A DNA stretch of 63,630 nucleotides, filler included, from Octopus bimaculoides (GCF_001194135.2; 7 parts of 6 records of this genome joined end to end with filler, not necessarily neighbours in it), one strand, 5' to 3'. Positions 13,741-26,775 are shown, counted from the first letter of the whole stretch. Notes: a model not told the origin generated them from the sequence alone. Program-made: numbers and translations.

Positions 13741-14974
13741 TATACACTAATTATGCAACGTTTTGATTTATTTACTCCCTGATAGTAAACTGCAGTTTCC
13801 GCGGGATTACTCGTAGCGCACGTGGGTAATTGAGGAATGATACAATTTTCTTACTCGCCTATATGAATGCGGAAATACTGTTTTGGATAATCGCTTTGAT
13901 GTCGCCTGATCGAATTAATTATTCTTTTATTAGCATTCTCGGATTTATAATTTTGAAATACTGTACTGACGAGTTTCCTTTTTTATGTTCCTACCATTAT
14001 GCAGTCATTGGATTTTTTTTTTTTTTATAAAGTATTATTTCTTATGAAAGCATAGTTAATATCATAAAGGCTCATCAGTTTGTACTGGTCGGTTGCGAAG
14101 AAATCTCCCGGGAGATAAATTATAAATTTTTATATTAATTAGAAGCCTATTTTAAAGATAGAAAATATAATTCGACAATAAATCAGTGCACACTTTTCAA
14201 GTCAAAGGAAATGCATTTACCAAGTTTACTGCTGATATAATACTTAAATAACCATCAATAACATTGTAATTACAATTGCAATATACAAGGTATTGTAAAT
14301 TCCTGTTGTTTATCCTAACGTAAAATCAGTATCTCTTATTTCAACCAAGGTTTGTTGTAAGTAGCTTGGAGAATTTGCTTGCATACACTTCGGTTTCGAT
14401 AAGAGTTTCGGAGGTTTTATTCAGCCAACAAATTAAATTTGCATTCATATTTTGTTTTCCGGCGCATCTGTATGTTTTTCATTGCTTACATTACAACAAT
14501 TTTAATTTGAAAGACGTAAATAAATTAATCTCAAAATAGATTCATAATGGACAAAATATACACAGTGTTAATTCCTAATTAAAATATTATTTGACATACA
14601 ATTGAATCGTATATCTCTGTATTATTTTATTGCTCGCTTAATGTAATTATACAAAATATTTTTAGAGTTAGTCATTGAGAAACGAAGAAAATTAAAAGGA
14701 AAAATCTCATCTTATTTATTTACATCATAAATAAAATTAATCATATTTTAAATGCAATTGTTTGTTTAAAAATTTATCTTAGAATACACGATTTGTATGC
14801 TACGGAGTTACAACTAGACGACAAATTTAAAATACATTAATTATTCGGTCAATTAAATAATATTAACTTAGGACATCTGTCTTTAGAAACATAGTCTACT
14901 GGCCCAGTTAACATCTTGTAATGTCATGAAAATTCAAATCTTAATACGTATACCAATTATCTGCATTTGTATAT

Positions 14975-15065
<91 letters not shown>

Positions 15066-16068
15066 NNNNNNNNNNNNNNNNNNNNNNNNNNNNNNNNNNN
15101 NNNNNNNNNNNNNNNNNNNNNNNNNNNNNNNNNNNNNNNNNNNNNNNNNNNNNNNNNNNNNNNNNNNNNNNNNNNNNNNNNNNNNNNNNNNNNNNNNNNN
15201 NNNNNNNNNNNNNNNNNNNNNNNNNNNNNNNNNNNNNNNNNNNNNNNNNNNNNNNNNNNNNNNNNNNNNNNNNNNNNNNNNNNNNNNNNNNNNNNNNNNN
15301 NNNNNNNNNNNNNNNNNNNNNNNNNNNNNNNNNNNNNNNNNNNNNNNNNNNNNNNNNNNNNNNNNNNNNNNNNNNNNNNNNNNNNNNNNNNNNNNNNNNN
15401 NNNNNNNNNNNNNNNNNNNNNNNNNNNNNNNNNNNNNNNNNNNNNNNNNNNNNNNNNNNNNNNNNNNNNNNNNNNNNNNNNNNNNNNNNNNNNNNNNNNN
15501 NNNNNNNNNNNNNNNNNNNNNNNNNNNNNNNNNNNNNNNNNNNNNNNNNNNNNNNNNNNATATATATATATATATATATAAGAAATCACCATACGTGTAA
15601 TTTTAACGACTGAAAAGTTGCTTAAGCGTGTCTACGTAATATCCAACTGTATGCTAGCTTTTGAATGCATATCCGAACTAGGTATCTAAGCAACGCAATT
15701 ACTCACTTCCCAAATAATAGCCTCCATGGCTTTTAAATGCCATTTACACACCTGCCGCCCACTCACAAACGCACTTATGCACTCGCACGCAAAACCACAT
15801 ATCAATATGTAATTGCATGTACGGTGTACATGTGTGAAACAAATATACTTGGGTTTCAACTAAACAGCTAAATAAACGCAGTAAGGGGTCACATTGTATA
15901 TGGAATTAGTAAGGAAAAGAAAAAAAGACATACCTCTCAAGAACTATTGCAAAACATACCATTGAAGAATGAACGGAAACACTTATTTAGGTTATCAGAA
16001 AACAATGCTACAATTCACATCACATACGATCAGGAAAAAACAAAATATTACTCATATAATGTAAAATA

Positions 16069-16086
16069 GTAGTAGTAGTAGTAGTG

Positions 16087-16132
<46 letters not shown>

Positions 16133-16153
16133 CATTATCAGTGTTGGTGGTAC

Positions 16154-16198
<45 letters not shown>

Positions 16199-16218
16199 CA
16201 GTAGTAGTAGTAGTAGTA
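16069..16218. repeat. (TAG)n microsatellite
   Basis: Direct inspection; adjacent to the inverted PLE terminus. Confidence 0.95.
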
Positions 16219-16240
16219 ACAATAATATTAAATGCATCGG

Positions 16241-16434
16241 AGAAAAGAAAAAGAGAGAAAGAAGAATATTCAATGAAACAGCTTCGTATAAATTTGATGA
16301 TATTCTCCTGTCATCTTATTCATTCCTCCAGGGCGTGATGTCAATAACCCGCAAACATATTTCTCCTCATACATTCTGAGAAGTGAAAGTGGGGTACATT
16401 CAGGATATTTTTTGAGAATGTGCACTTTCAAATC
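16241..16434 (-). mobile_element. inverted terminal copy (pseudo-LTR part) of the Penelope element 3' end
   Basis: 194 bp reverse-complement match to 17774-17967 with 7 differences counted by eye; encodes DLKVHILKKYPECTPLSLLRMYEEKYVCGLLTSRPGGMN. Confidence 0.9.
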
Positions 16435-17137
16435 NNNNNNNNNNNNNNNNNNNNNNNNNNNNNNNNNNNNNNNNNNNNNNNNNNNNNNNNNNNNNNNNNN
16501 NNNNNNNNNNNNNNNNNNNNNNNNNNNNNNNNNNNNNNNNNNNNNNNNNNNNNNNNNNNNNNNNNNNNNNNNNNNNNNNNNNNNNNNNNNNNNNNNNNNN
16601 NNNNNNNNNNNNNNNNNNNNNNNNNNNNNNNNNNNNNNNNNNNNNNNNNNNNNNNNNNNNNNNNNNNNNNNNNNNNNNNNNNNNNNNNNNNNNNNNNNNN
16701 NNNNNNNNNNNNNNNNNNNNNNNNNNNNNNNNNNNNNNNNNNNNNNNNNNNNNNNNNNNNNNNNNNNNNNNNNNNNNNNNNNNNNNNNNNNNNNNNNNNN
16801 NNNNNNNNNNNNNNNNNNNNNNNNNNNNNNNNNNNNNNNNNNNNNNNNNNNNNNNNNNNNNNNNNNNNNNNNNNNNNNNNNNNNNNNNNNNNNNNNNNNN
16901 NNNNNNNNNNNNNNNNNNNNNNNNNNNNNNNNNNNNNNNNNNNNNNNNNNNNNNNNNNNNNNNNNNNNNNNNNNNNNNNNNNNNNNNNNNNNNNNNNNNN
17001 NNNNNNNNNNNNNNNNNNNNNNNNNNNNNNNNNNNNNNNNNNNNNNNNNNNNNNNNNNNNNNNNNNNNNNNNNNNNNNNNNNNNNNNNNNNNNNNNNNNN
17101 NNNNNNNNNNNNNNNNNNNNNNNNNNNNNNNNNNNNN

Positions 17138-18190
17138 TATGTCAAACGAGGTTACAGTGAATCACGTTTAAAGGAAATAGCAAGTGAAATAGCTAAGATT
17201 AGTAAAGATAGTCAAACCTACACGCCTAATCTTAGCAAACAAAATACAACAGATTACAGAATTCCTTTAGTGATTAACAGGCACCGACGTTTCGCTGGCA
17301 TTTCAAAAGTGTTGCATGAAAGTTACCAACATGTGGCTAAAAAATATCCCAGTTTCAAACAAACATTTCCTCAGCCGCCCATTGTAGCCTTTCGACGGAA
17401 TAAGAACATAAAAGAATTATTGACCTCTATATCTGACTCCAAGAAAACGAACATTGGAGTATCTACACGTTGTACCTTAAAGAACAGCTGCAAGAGAGGT
17501 AAGCCCTGTTCATCGTGCAACAACATGAGTGAATTGAATACCATCAAAAATCATAATAGAAATGTTATGATTTATACAGAAGGGGGAACCTGCAAAGATT
17601 CCCATTCAGTGTACGGTGCAGAATGCACGAAACATAACTTGATTTATGTTGGTTGTACAACGGAACAATTAAACAAAAGGTTTAATGGGCACAGATTCGA
17701 CGTCAGGCACAACAACAGTAGTTCAACAGAACTTGCTGAACATTTCGTTTCAAGCGGCTGCAATTTTGAAGAAGATTTGAAACTGCACATTCTCAAAAAA
17801 TAATCTGAATGTACCCCACTTTCACTTCTCAGAATGTATGAGGAGAAATATGTTTGCGGTTTATTGACATCACGCCCTGGAGGAATGAATAAGATGACAG
17901 GAGAATATCATCAAATTTATACAAAACTGTTTGATTGAATATTCTTCTTTCTCTCTTTTTCTTTTCTTTTTCTGTCGTCTTCCTTTTTCTTTCTTTCTTT
18001 CTGCTTATTAAAAACCTGACAAAAGCTTATGATGTCATTCTATCAACGCATGGACGCTGGTTACTCACGTTCATAGTTTACGTTTGGTTTCTGAAATTAT
18101 GAATTTTCAATCACCTTTTGGTTTGAACTTGAGAAAGACAGACGTTCTGTCGAAATATTGTTCAAAAAATAAAACATCTAAAATCGCACT
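17138..18190 (+). mobile_element. Penelope-like element 3' part: linker, GIY-YIG endonuclease and 3' UTR
   Basis: PQPPIVAFRRNKNIKELL, Cys-rich linker (C..C), TCKDSHSVYGAECTKHNLIYVGCTTEQLNKRFNGHR (GIY-YIG pattern), LAEHF, and E..Y...L.T..PGGMN. One premature TAA at 17801-17803; the frame ends at TGA 17936-17938. Confidence 0.92.
18122..18166 (+). ncRNA. minimal type I hammerhead ribozyme (U3-A8 core variant) in the PLE 3' region
   Basis: TTTGAAC / TTGAGAA+A / GACAG-ACGTT-CTGTC / GAAA / TAT-T / GTTCAAA. This gives a 7-bp stem I, a 5-bp stem II, a palindromic loopless stem III (AUAU) and an AUU cleavage triplet. Confidence 0.75.
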
Positions 18191-18402
18191 CTTCGTCTTG
18201 ACTATTTACCNNNNNNNNNNNNNNNNNNNNNNNNNNNNNNNNNNNNNNNNNNNNTTAATTAATTAANNNNNNNNNNNNNNNNNNNNNNNNNNNNNNNNNN
18301 NNNNNNNNNNTATATATATACAATTATATATATACACACACATATATATATATACTCTCACACATCTATATATACATTCATATACATGTATATATATATA
18401 TA

Positions 18403-18446
<44 letters not shown>

Positions 18447-18449
18447 AAT

Positions 18450-18484
<35 letters not shown>

Positions 18485-18523
18485 CGTACATACGCACATA
18501 CAGATACGTACGCGCGCACACAT

Positions 18524-18554
<31 letters not shown>

Positions 18555-19151
18555 TGTATTCATACACACACGCATATTATAAATCTTTTATATTCTAAAC
18601 AGTAATTGTTGACATGTTATTTAATAATAGAAGAACGACCAGGAACAACACTAGCCGCCGCCGCCGCCGCCTCCGCCTCCACCGCAGCAGCAGCAACAAC
18701 AGCAATAACATCGGCAACAATATCAGTGACAACGTCAACAACAACAACAACAACAACAGTCACAACAACCACGACATTAATCAGAGCAACAACAACAACA
18801 ACAACAACAATACTGTTTATATCCATTAATTATGGGAAGACATGAAATTAAGTGTCGGATGGATATAACAAAAGAAACTTGTTCGTTCACTCTTTCTACT
18901 TCTCTCTCTCTTTCTCCCTTCTCTCCCCCTCTCTCCCTCTGACCCTTCCTCCTTCATTCTGTCTATTTTATGCTCATTTCTTTCTTTTCATCTCTTGCTT
19001 GATTTCTCTTTCACTCTCTTTCGCTCTCTTTCTTCTCTCATTCTCTCTCTCTCTGTGTTTTCTTTTGGTTTTGTTCTTGTCTTTGCGTGTCTCTCTCACA
19101 GTTTCTCTTTCTGCCATTGTGTCTGCCTGTCTTCCTGTCTGCCTGTCTGCC

Positions 19152-19223
<72 letters not shown>

Positions 19224-19373
19224 GCCATTATCTGCATAAACACAAACACAAACATACTCAGAGACACACACAAACGCACACAGCGTAAACACACACATGC
19301 ATCAATGCAGCTAAATGGATTGCACACACACACACACACAGATATATTAACATAGATCTTTTATGCGCGCTCG

Positions 19374-19405
<32 letters not shown>

Positions 19406-19540
19406 CACACATACATACACACACATAACTTTTATTCACACATAAACGAGCACACCTACAAACAACTATATAGATAATATACCTCTATACATAGGTGTGA
19501 ATGTATATAGCAATATGTCTGTACGTATAAATACACGAAT

Positions 19541-19595
<55 letters not shown>

Positions 19596-20019
19596 AATTC
19601 ATAAAGAGATGTGTGAATTATTTCCTCATTAACCGATAATTCATCTGCGCATGCGCACAACTGTATTATGTGTGATATATATACGTATATGCGTGTGTAT
19701 GTGTGTGTGAATGCGAATGTGTGTGTATGTGTGTGTATGTGTCTTGCGTGTGTGCGTGTGTGTGTGAAGAAGCTGCCTCGTATTAAAAAGAAATATCTTA
19801 CTTTACATCATATATTGGGTTTTATCTAGAGTTAATGTTATTCGTATATATAGTTTTGCACAAATACATACATACAAGCATATGAGTGTGTATTTTTGTG
19901 TGTGTGTATGTGTGTGCATTTGTGTGTGTGTGTGTGTGTGGTCGTACAGGGTCCGTCTATTGAGATCATATGGCCCCTTAGAAGTATGTATGTGTGTATG
20001 TATGTATATTGCGATCGAT

Positions 20020-20396
20020 AAGGTGAATCTCAGTAACCTTTTTGTGTGCAGTTTGTGACAAACCCTGCCTTTCTTTTGCTGGGCTCAAATCTCATTTGCA
20101 GACTCATGAAAAACAAACCTCTTGCAACTATTCTGCCTATATATCTGTGCAAACCTCCCAATGCCGTGTATGCCATAAAGTCTGCAAATCTAACGGAGGC
20201 CTCAAGAGACATTTTAAGATCCACAAAGATCAGAGCTTAACTGCAGCTCCTGATGGTCCAAATCAGATATGCGATCTACGTGGGCGTCTTTTCAATACAT
20301 TGTCTCGTTTAAGAAGCCACATCAGACGCCATGATGGATTTAAGGTGTAGGTACAGGGGGTGGTCATACTCCGCAAAAGGAGTAGAAAACCACCTG

Positions 20397-20427
<31 letters not shown>

Positions 20428-20450
20428 TGTATGTATGTATGTATGTATGT
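20020..20450 (+). mobile_element. 3' end of a probable RTE-type LINE: C2H2 zinc-finger C-terminus, 3' stem-loop and (TATG)n tail
   Basis: CAVC..HLQTH and CRVC..HFKIH fingers plus a degenerate third finger (CDLR..HIRRH), without TGEKP linkers. Stop at 20348-20350, then GGTGGT..TACTCC-GCAAAA-GGAGTA..ACCACC hairpin and (TATG)n. Clade assignment is inference. Confidence 0.6.
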
Positions 20451-20705
20451 TTGGTGGGGTGAATATGCACGTTGTAAATATTTGTTAATAATGTAGACAC
20501 ATAAATACAGACACATACTTTGTGTGGTATATTGCAAATGTGGAAACGTGTTTTGGTATAGGTTGGAATGTATTTAAATATACATCAAGATAAGCTACGT
20601 GTTATCACCTGAATTCGTAAACACACGAGCGTATACACCGACATATATGCATCTATACATAGGGTTGCGTACCAACAAGCATGCGTGCATATATACACAC
20701 GTACA

Positions 20706-20756
<51 letters not shown>

Positions 20757-21234
20757 GCGCGCACACACCCTAAAACACATCACCTTTATTTACTATCTCT
20801 CCCTGTCTCTCTCTCCCTCTCTCTTCCCTCCGTTTCTCATTCCTTCCCCCTCCCTGAATATCTTTTTTCTCTATCTNNNNNNNNNNNNNNNNNNNNNNNN
20901 NNNNNNNNNNNNNNNNNNNNNNNNNNNNNNNNNNNNNNNNNNNNNNNNNNNNNNNNNNNNNNNNNNNNNNNNNNNNNNNNNNNNNNNNNNNNNNNNNNNN
21001 NNNNNNNNNNNNNNNNNNNNNNNNNNNNNNNNNNNNNNNNNNNNNNNNNNNNNNNNNNNNNNNNNNNNNNNNNNNNNNNNNNNNNNNNNNNNNNNNNNNN
21101 NNNNNNNNNNNNNNNNNNNNNNNNNNNNNNNNNNNNNNNNNNNNNNNNNNNNNNNNNNNNNNNNNNNNNNNNNNNNNNNNNNNNNNNNNNNNNNNNNNNN
21201 NNNNNNNNNNNNNNNNNNNNNNNNNNNNNNNNNN

Positions 21235-21267
<33 letters not shown>

Positions 21268-21914
21268 TATAACATATACATACTCGCATATATGTATGTA
21301 TATATACATATACTCGAATATATATATATGTATGTATATGTATACATATATTTATAAAGCGCACACACATACATATATATATTTATTTACATGCATACAC
21401 ATGCATACAGAAATGCACATATACATAATCATCGATACATCTTTTCGGGTCTGTTTGTGTATTTCCTATATTTGTATTTTTTTCTTGTGTCTTCCTTTGT
21501 TTGGTTTCATATCACAATAACATTCAAAATGTATTGAACATTCCATAAAATATTGAAAAATGTAAAAGACCAAGAAATGAAACAATTTCTTCATTTATTT
21601 GTTTTTAATTTATATGAATCAACTAAAAAAAAATACACATATTTTCATTATTGATAAATAATAACAAAAAAAAATTTATAAAGGTTTCACTATTGACTGG
21701 TTTGAGGAATAAAAATTGTCGATAGAAACTTATAATAATAATTAAGTCTTTTCAAATCATGTGAAAAGGCAGCACTTTATTGGTGTGTTGTTTTAATAAA
21801 GTATGCTTAAATAATAGTCTTTAGTAAGGGATGAACCGTTCCTGAAATAGTTGTGTGTGGAAGTATATATGATGTACATATAAAGTTTATACATACATAC
21901 ACACATGACACGCA

Positions 21915-21946
<32 letters not shown>

Positions 21947-22634
21947 NNNNNNNNNNNNNNNNNNNNNNNNNNNNNNNNNNNNNNNNNNNNNNNNNNNNNN
22001 NNNNNNNNNNNNNNNNNNNNNNNNNNNNNNNNNNNNNNNNNNNNNNNNNNNNNNNNNNNNNNNNNNNNNNNNNNNNNNNNNNNNNNNNNNNNNNNNNNNN
22101 NNNNNNNNNNNNNNNNNNNNNNNNNNNNNNTATATACATACCTATACATATATATAATATATATTTGTACAACACATACATACCTATAATAATAAATGCC
22201 AAAACGAATCTCTGCGTATCTGTGTGTCACACTTTGACCCCATCTCTCACTATCCAATGACACTTCTACCCCACTTGCTGGGTGAGTAATGGTAGGCGTA
22301 AGACACACGTTGAGGGCGGTAGTAGATTGACAGTTGAAATGGTAATGGGGGTGTTTATAATAGTATGAGTTGTAGTTGTGACAGAGGCGGAGGTGACTAA
22401 AATGGTGGTGGTAGCTGAGGCGGTCAAGCATGACGGTGATAGTAAGGGATGTGAAAGACAGCGGTGATGGTGTTGGCAGGGAAGGCGGCGAAGTCAAAGG
22501 TGTTGATCTTGGTGGCGTCAGAAGTCTGAATGGTGTGTATGGCAGTTGTGGTGGCGATGGTGGTGGCACTGGTGATGGTGATGGTTGAAAACAATCAACA
22601 GAAACAGCTAGTATATACATATATGTATGTATGC

Positions 22635-22700
22635 GTGCAGGAGCGGCTGTGTGGTAAGAAGCTTGCTTCCCAGACACATGGTTCCGGGTTCAGTTGGATA
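22635..22700 (+). mobile_element. SINE family A head fragment
   Basis: GCAGGAGCGGCTGTGTGGTAAGAAGCTTGCTTCCCAGACACATGGTTCCGGGTTCAGT. Confidence 0.75.
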
Positions 22701-22781
22701 TTTTGGAGGAGCTGTTGACACAATCAACATAAATACTTTCTGTCGCAGTGTACGTATAAATGTATGTACGTATCGCTACAC

Positions 22782-22816
<35 letters not shown>

Positions 22817-23023
22817 TGTGTGCATGCATAAATGTAATAGACTGATATATGAGCGTATACACTTGTTCCGTATCTGTGTACGTTTGGTAAGTGCAATCTT
22901 AAAGATTATCTGAACTCAAGTATAGAATACCAATATAATAGTGACTAAAATATATCTAAATGAAGATATAAGTTCTAATCACGTGTTTGAAATCATAGCA
23001 CTATGTGTGTGGCAGTCAATAGC

Positions 23024-23110
<87 letters not shown>

Positions 23111-24392
23111 ACACACACACACACACACATACACACACACACACACACACGATTTATTAATTTAATCTTTTTTTAATATCTTAATCAACCCTCTAAGTAT
23201 GTTTCCTGTTAAATATAGGTTAAATTGAGTAGAATATATCTCAATTAGATTTAATGTATTTGAGGTTACATACAAAGGTGATACAATATTGCGGTTGTAT
23301 TAAAATCTATTGTGTTCAATATCATGAAAAATGTATTGATAGCAATACAAAACTGGAGTTAGCATTATATACTGGAGACAAAATTGATTTCATTGACACA
23401 GAAAGCAGCAGTTACCTATAGATTAACTATAAGTGATATTCTTGGTTTTGAATATATATGCAACTAATCAATAATATAATTATTTTCGAGATAAATCAGG
23501 TTACACGAAGGCTTGAAATTATTTTAAAAAGCTCCAAAGAAAATAAAATCATATAAACACTAATATATATACATATATACAATATACATAGAGATTATCG
23601 ATCTCTGTATTATATAAGCTCTTATTTACATAATAGGTTTGGAACTTGGGAAACCTTGAATTAAAAACAATATATAAAAGGAACATTATTTTTGAACATA
23701 GGAATATTGTGTGATTCATAAAGAGATAGTGTGACATGGCGGTATTTTACTGATATTGGAGTGTGAATGCAAAGAAATGTATTATACAATTAATAATAAA
23801 GTAACATTCAAGAATTGAAATGCTATAGGAGTTTTTCTAGATTAGGACTGCAAAACTTTTTGCAAGTTCATGTGACCAAAATCTTAACAAAAACAAAACT
23901 GTTTATAAAAATAAAGATATGAAAAATAGAAACATAATTTATTAGAGCAGTTTTAAGCTTCTTGTAATTTAGAAAAGCTAATATAAAATGAAACATGCCA
24001 GAATATTGGCCTTGTCTCAATCTAACAACCATTGTTTAGAATGAATAAATTCCTGTTTCTTGTCTCAAAGCCCTTGTTCAGAGTACGGTCCAGATGAGTC
24101 TTCGTCTGCTGCTGAGGCCTTCGTAGCGTTGAAGCACTTTGTCACTGTGCTGGTTGTTACGGGAAATTTTAGAGGTTGCTGTACAAAAGCAAATAAGCGA
24201 GAATATTTGAAAATAGCCTCAAGGTTCGTCTTCACTTCCATGATCCTGTTTCTCCTTTTCTGACCAGAAAACGGATTTCAAATAAATACGACCATTTCAG
24301 CTTCTAAGCATTCAATTTATTATGATTTAATGATCTAAGCAATTTGCTTAATGAAGTGGACGTAGTGAATAGAGGAGGCTAAACGTTTTTAC

Positions 24393-24538
24393 TTTCAGTT
24401 GTAAATCGGCTTTCCAAAGATGATGTAGCTGTGGAATGATGGAATGTAAATATGGTGCTTCATCCAAAACTATTCCTCTGTAGTCGAGCCACAGAACATT
24501 GGAAGAGAATTTCCTTCTAGATAGGCTTAGTTCAACGA
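24393..24538 (-). CDS. candidate 146-nt exon or mariner-like relic (VELSLSRRKFSSNVLWLDYRGIVLDEAPYLHSIIPQLHHLWKADLQLK)
   Basis: tttacag acceptor and AAA|gtaaaa donor; only one open frame. W-DYRGIV weakly resembles mariner WWD.KGI. Confidence 0.25.
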
Positions 24539-24635
24539 CTGTAAACATAATTGAGTATAAGCCCTTTCAAATTTAACGAAACAATACTCATTTAAAGTCT
24601 GATTCTTACACTGACAATCAATTTTGCCGAACAGC

Positions 24636-24762
24636 TAAATTATGTGGACGTAAACAAACCAACATCGTTTGGGAAGCGGCAGTAGTGGACAAACATTGAC
24701 GCAAGACACACACACGCGCACGCATGCACACATACACGCACATACATACAGAAACATGCATT

Positions 24763-24811
<49 letters not shown>

Positions 24812-24958
24812 ATATATATATATATGGCGAGCTTCTTTCAGTTTCTATCTACCAAATTCACTCACAAGGTTTGGCCCGTTTGTGGCTATAATAGAAGACA
24901 CTTTTCCAAGGTGTCAACCATGAGGTTGGGATGCAAGCTTCTTACCACACAGCTACAT
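24636..24958 (-). mobile_element. SINE family A copy, decayed, with internal (TAGA)n/(GA)n/(TG)n
   Basis: Head and body motifs match the other family A copies. Confidence 0.75.
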
Positions 24959-26599
24959 CCATCGTTAAGGAATGTCAGATTCAGTGACAGGGGCCTGCTG
25001 TCCTGTTGTCCTTCCAAGCAAGTGTTATCTAAGTGGATTGGCTTAACAAGTGTTCTTGCTGTTTAACACTAGATCAATGTTGATCTCGCAAGCGAATGAT
25101 CAAAGATAATCCGACAAAGACCATTTTGATTTGTCCAGGATGGTCATAGTGTAAAAGAGTATGGGTTTTTGTAGTAGTGTTGATCTGACAAAGAAAAAAA
25201 AAAGAAACAAATTGGAAAGACAAAAAAAAATGAATGTTATCTCCCCCAGTTGTTTGTCGGACCCCCCATGCAACACAAAATGCCTCCACTCACAACCCCG
25301 TTGCCTAAAAACACGAGAGAAAAGCAAAATAAACAAAAAAAGTTTTTAAATTATATAAACACGAAACAACAAAATATTAATTTGAAGAACTAGCAGAAGT
25401 TACGCCTTAGGCATTTGTTGTTGCATCGAAGAAATATAATAACGAACTGTAATCATGAAATATAATTAGGACTAATGATATTCTCTCAATTATATGTTAG
25501 GCAAATAAAATAGGAAGGCGAAAAAATTACACAAACAGAGAAAAAAATTACGAGGAAACAAAACACAAGCTTCCTCCCTTCCAAGATATCTTTCCCTCTA
25601 CCCACCCCACAAAATATTACACAAAAACAAAAAAAGACGAGAAAGGAAGTGATCTGGTTTTTTTACCCTGCGGTTTGCTAACCACAATCTTTTTTTATCG
25701 TTATTAGGAAACAAACAAATAAAATGAAATTACAAAAAATAACTCATCTCCAAGTCTTGGTAATTTTAAGACGAATTGTTCTATTTCTATTTTATTTTTG
25801 CGTAAATATACGATGTTATACAGAAGCAAGAATGTAACTTCAAAACCAAAAAAAAGCTGTGAGCCAACCACTAGATTTGGTAATTAAAGCAAAAGATTTC
25901 TCTCTTCTCTAACGGGTGTAATTTTTAATTACGCGAAAATTTCTTTGGTTTACTACATTAACGATATTACAGTCTATTTCACTGCAACTGCGTCTGGATA
26001 ATTTGGTTAGGGCGTAAAATCATGGTGTCGACTGTTTCACTGCATTTGTTTCTCTTATTTTTCTCTTATTGATTTCAGTCATTAGTACGCGGTCAAGCTA
26101 GAGCACGGCATTCCATTTCTGCTTTGTTTTAGTCGGTTTTTACTGTCGCCCGAGTATTTTCTCAAGTTCTTATTTCATTTTCCGTGTGAGATACAAAATG
26201 CAGAGTGAACGCACGCATAAAGAGGATAAGCAATTGGACAGGATCGCTATTGGGAATATCTCTTCCATTATTGTACCGCTTAGCACGCCACGTCCATAAA
26301 CAACCACACGCATACATGGTACATACGCGTGTGCGTATATATACATGTAAATATACGTATACGTCTCTTTGTCTATATATATACATATATACGCATGTGT
26401 GTGAGTGTGTGTGTATGTATATATATATATATAGTAATAATAAATCTCTGAGTGAGATGTAAACAGTAGCAGCACGGAATCGTGAAGTATATTTGCCACC
26501 TAAATGTGTAGGACCCATAGGGGACGATGCTTATAGCCCCAGGAAGACATCTTCTCCAGCTGGCTAAGAGGTTTATAATTGCTTGTTTCTCCTTTTTAG

Positions 26600-26635
26600 A
26601 GATCAGCGACAGTTTGTCACTGGAAAAAGCATTTG
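26600..26635 (+). CDS. candidate 36-nt phase-1/1 exon (EISDSLSLEKAF)
   Basis: Strong acceptor ttgtttctcctttttag; donor TTTG|gtattt; open frame. Confidence 0.4.
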
Positions 26636-26664
26636 GTATTTTGCATTTGGAATGAATTTTCATC

Positions 26665-26775
26665 GCTAGCTGGTGATTGTCGATTAAATAAGTACCAGCT
26701 ACGCACTGGTGTTGATTACATCGACTTGATACTTTTGTCTGTCCTTGTTTGTACCCCTTGTGGGCAAAAAAAAGT
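26665..26775 (+). mobile_element. SINE family B 3' part with the Tx1-like tail variant
   Basis: AAATAAGTACCAG..CGCACTGG..ATCGACTT..CTTTTGTCTGTCCTTGTTTGT.CCCCT..TGTGGGCAA matches the reverse complement of 56412-56520. Confidence 0.7.

Noticed and set aside
18255-18266. TTAATTAATTAA islands inside N runs (also at about 29015, 39942, 42671, 58225 and 62575)
   Set aside because: The identical 12-mer sits between equal N blocks totalling 100 nt and has stops in all six frames; this is a scaffolding placeholder, not biology.
20042-20350. Host C2H2 zinc-finger gene
   Set aside because: No TGEKP linkers or acceptor, and the frame is followed by a hairpin and a tandem-repeat tail typical of a LINE end. 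A retroelement origin is preferred, but a host gene is not fully excluded.
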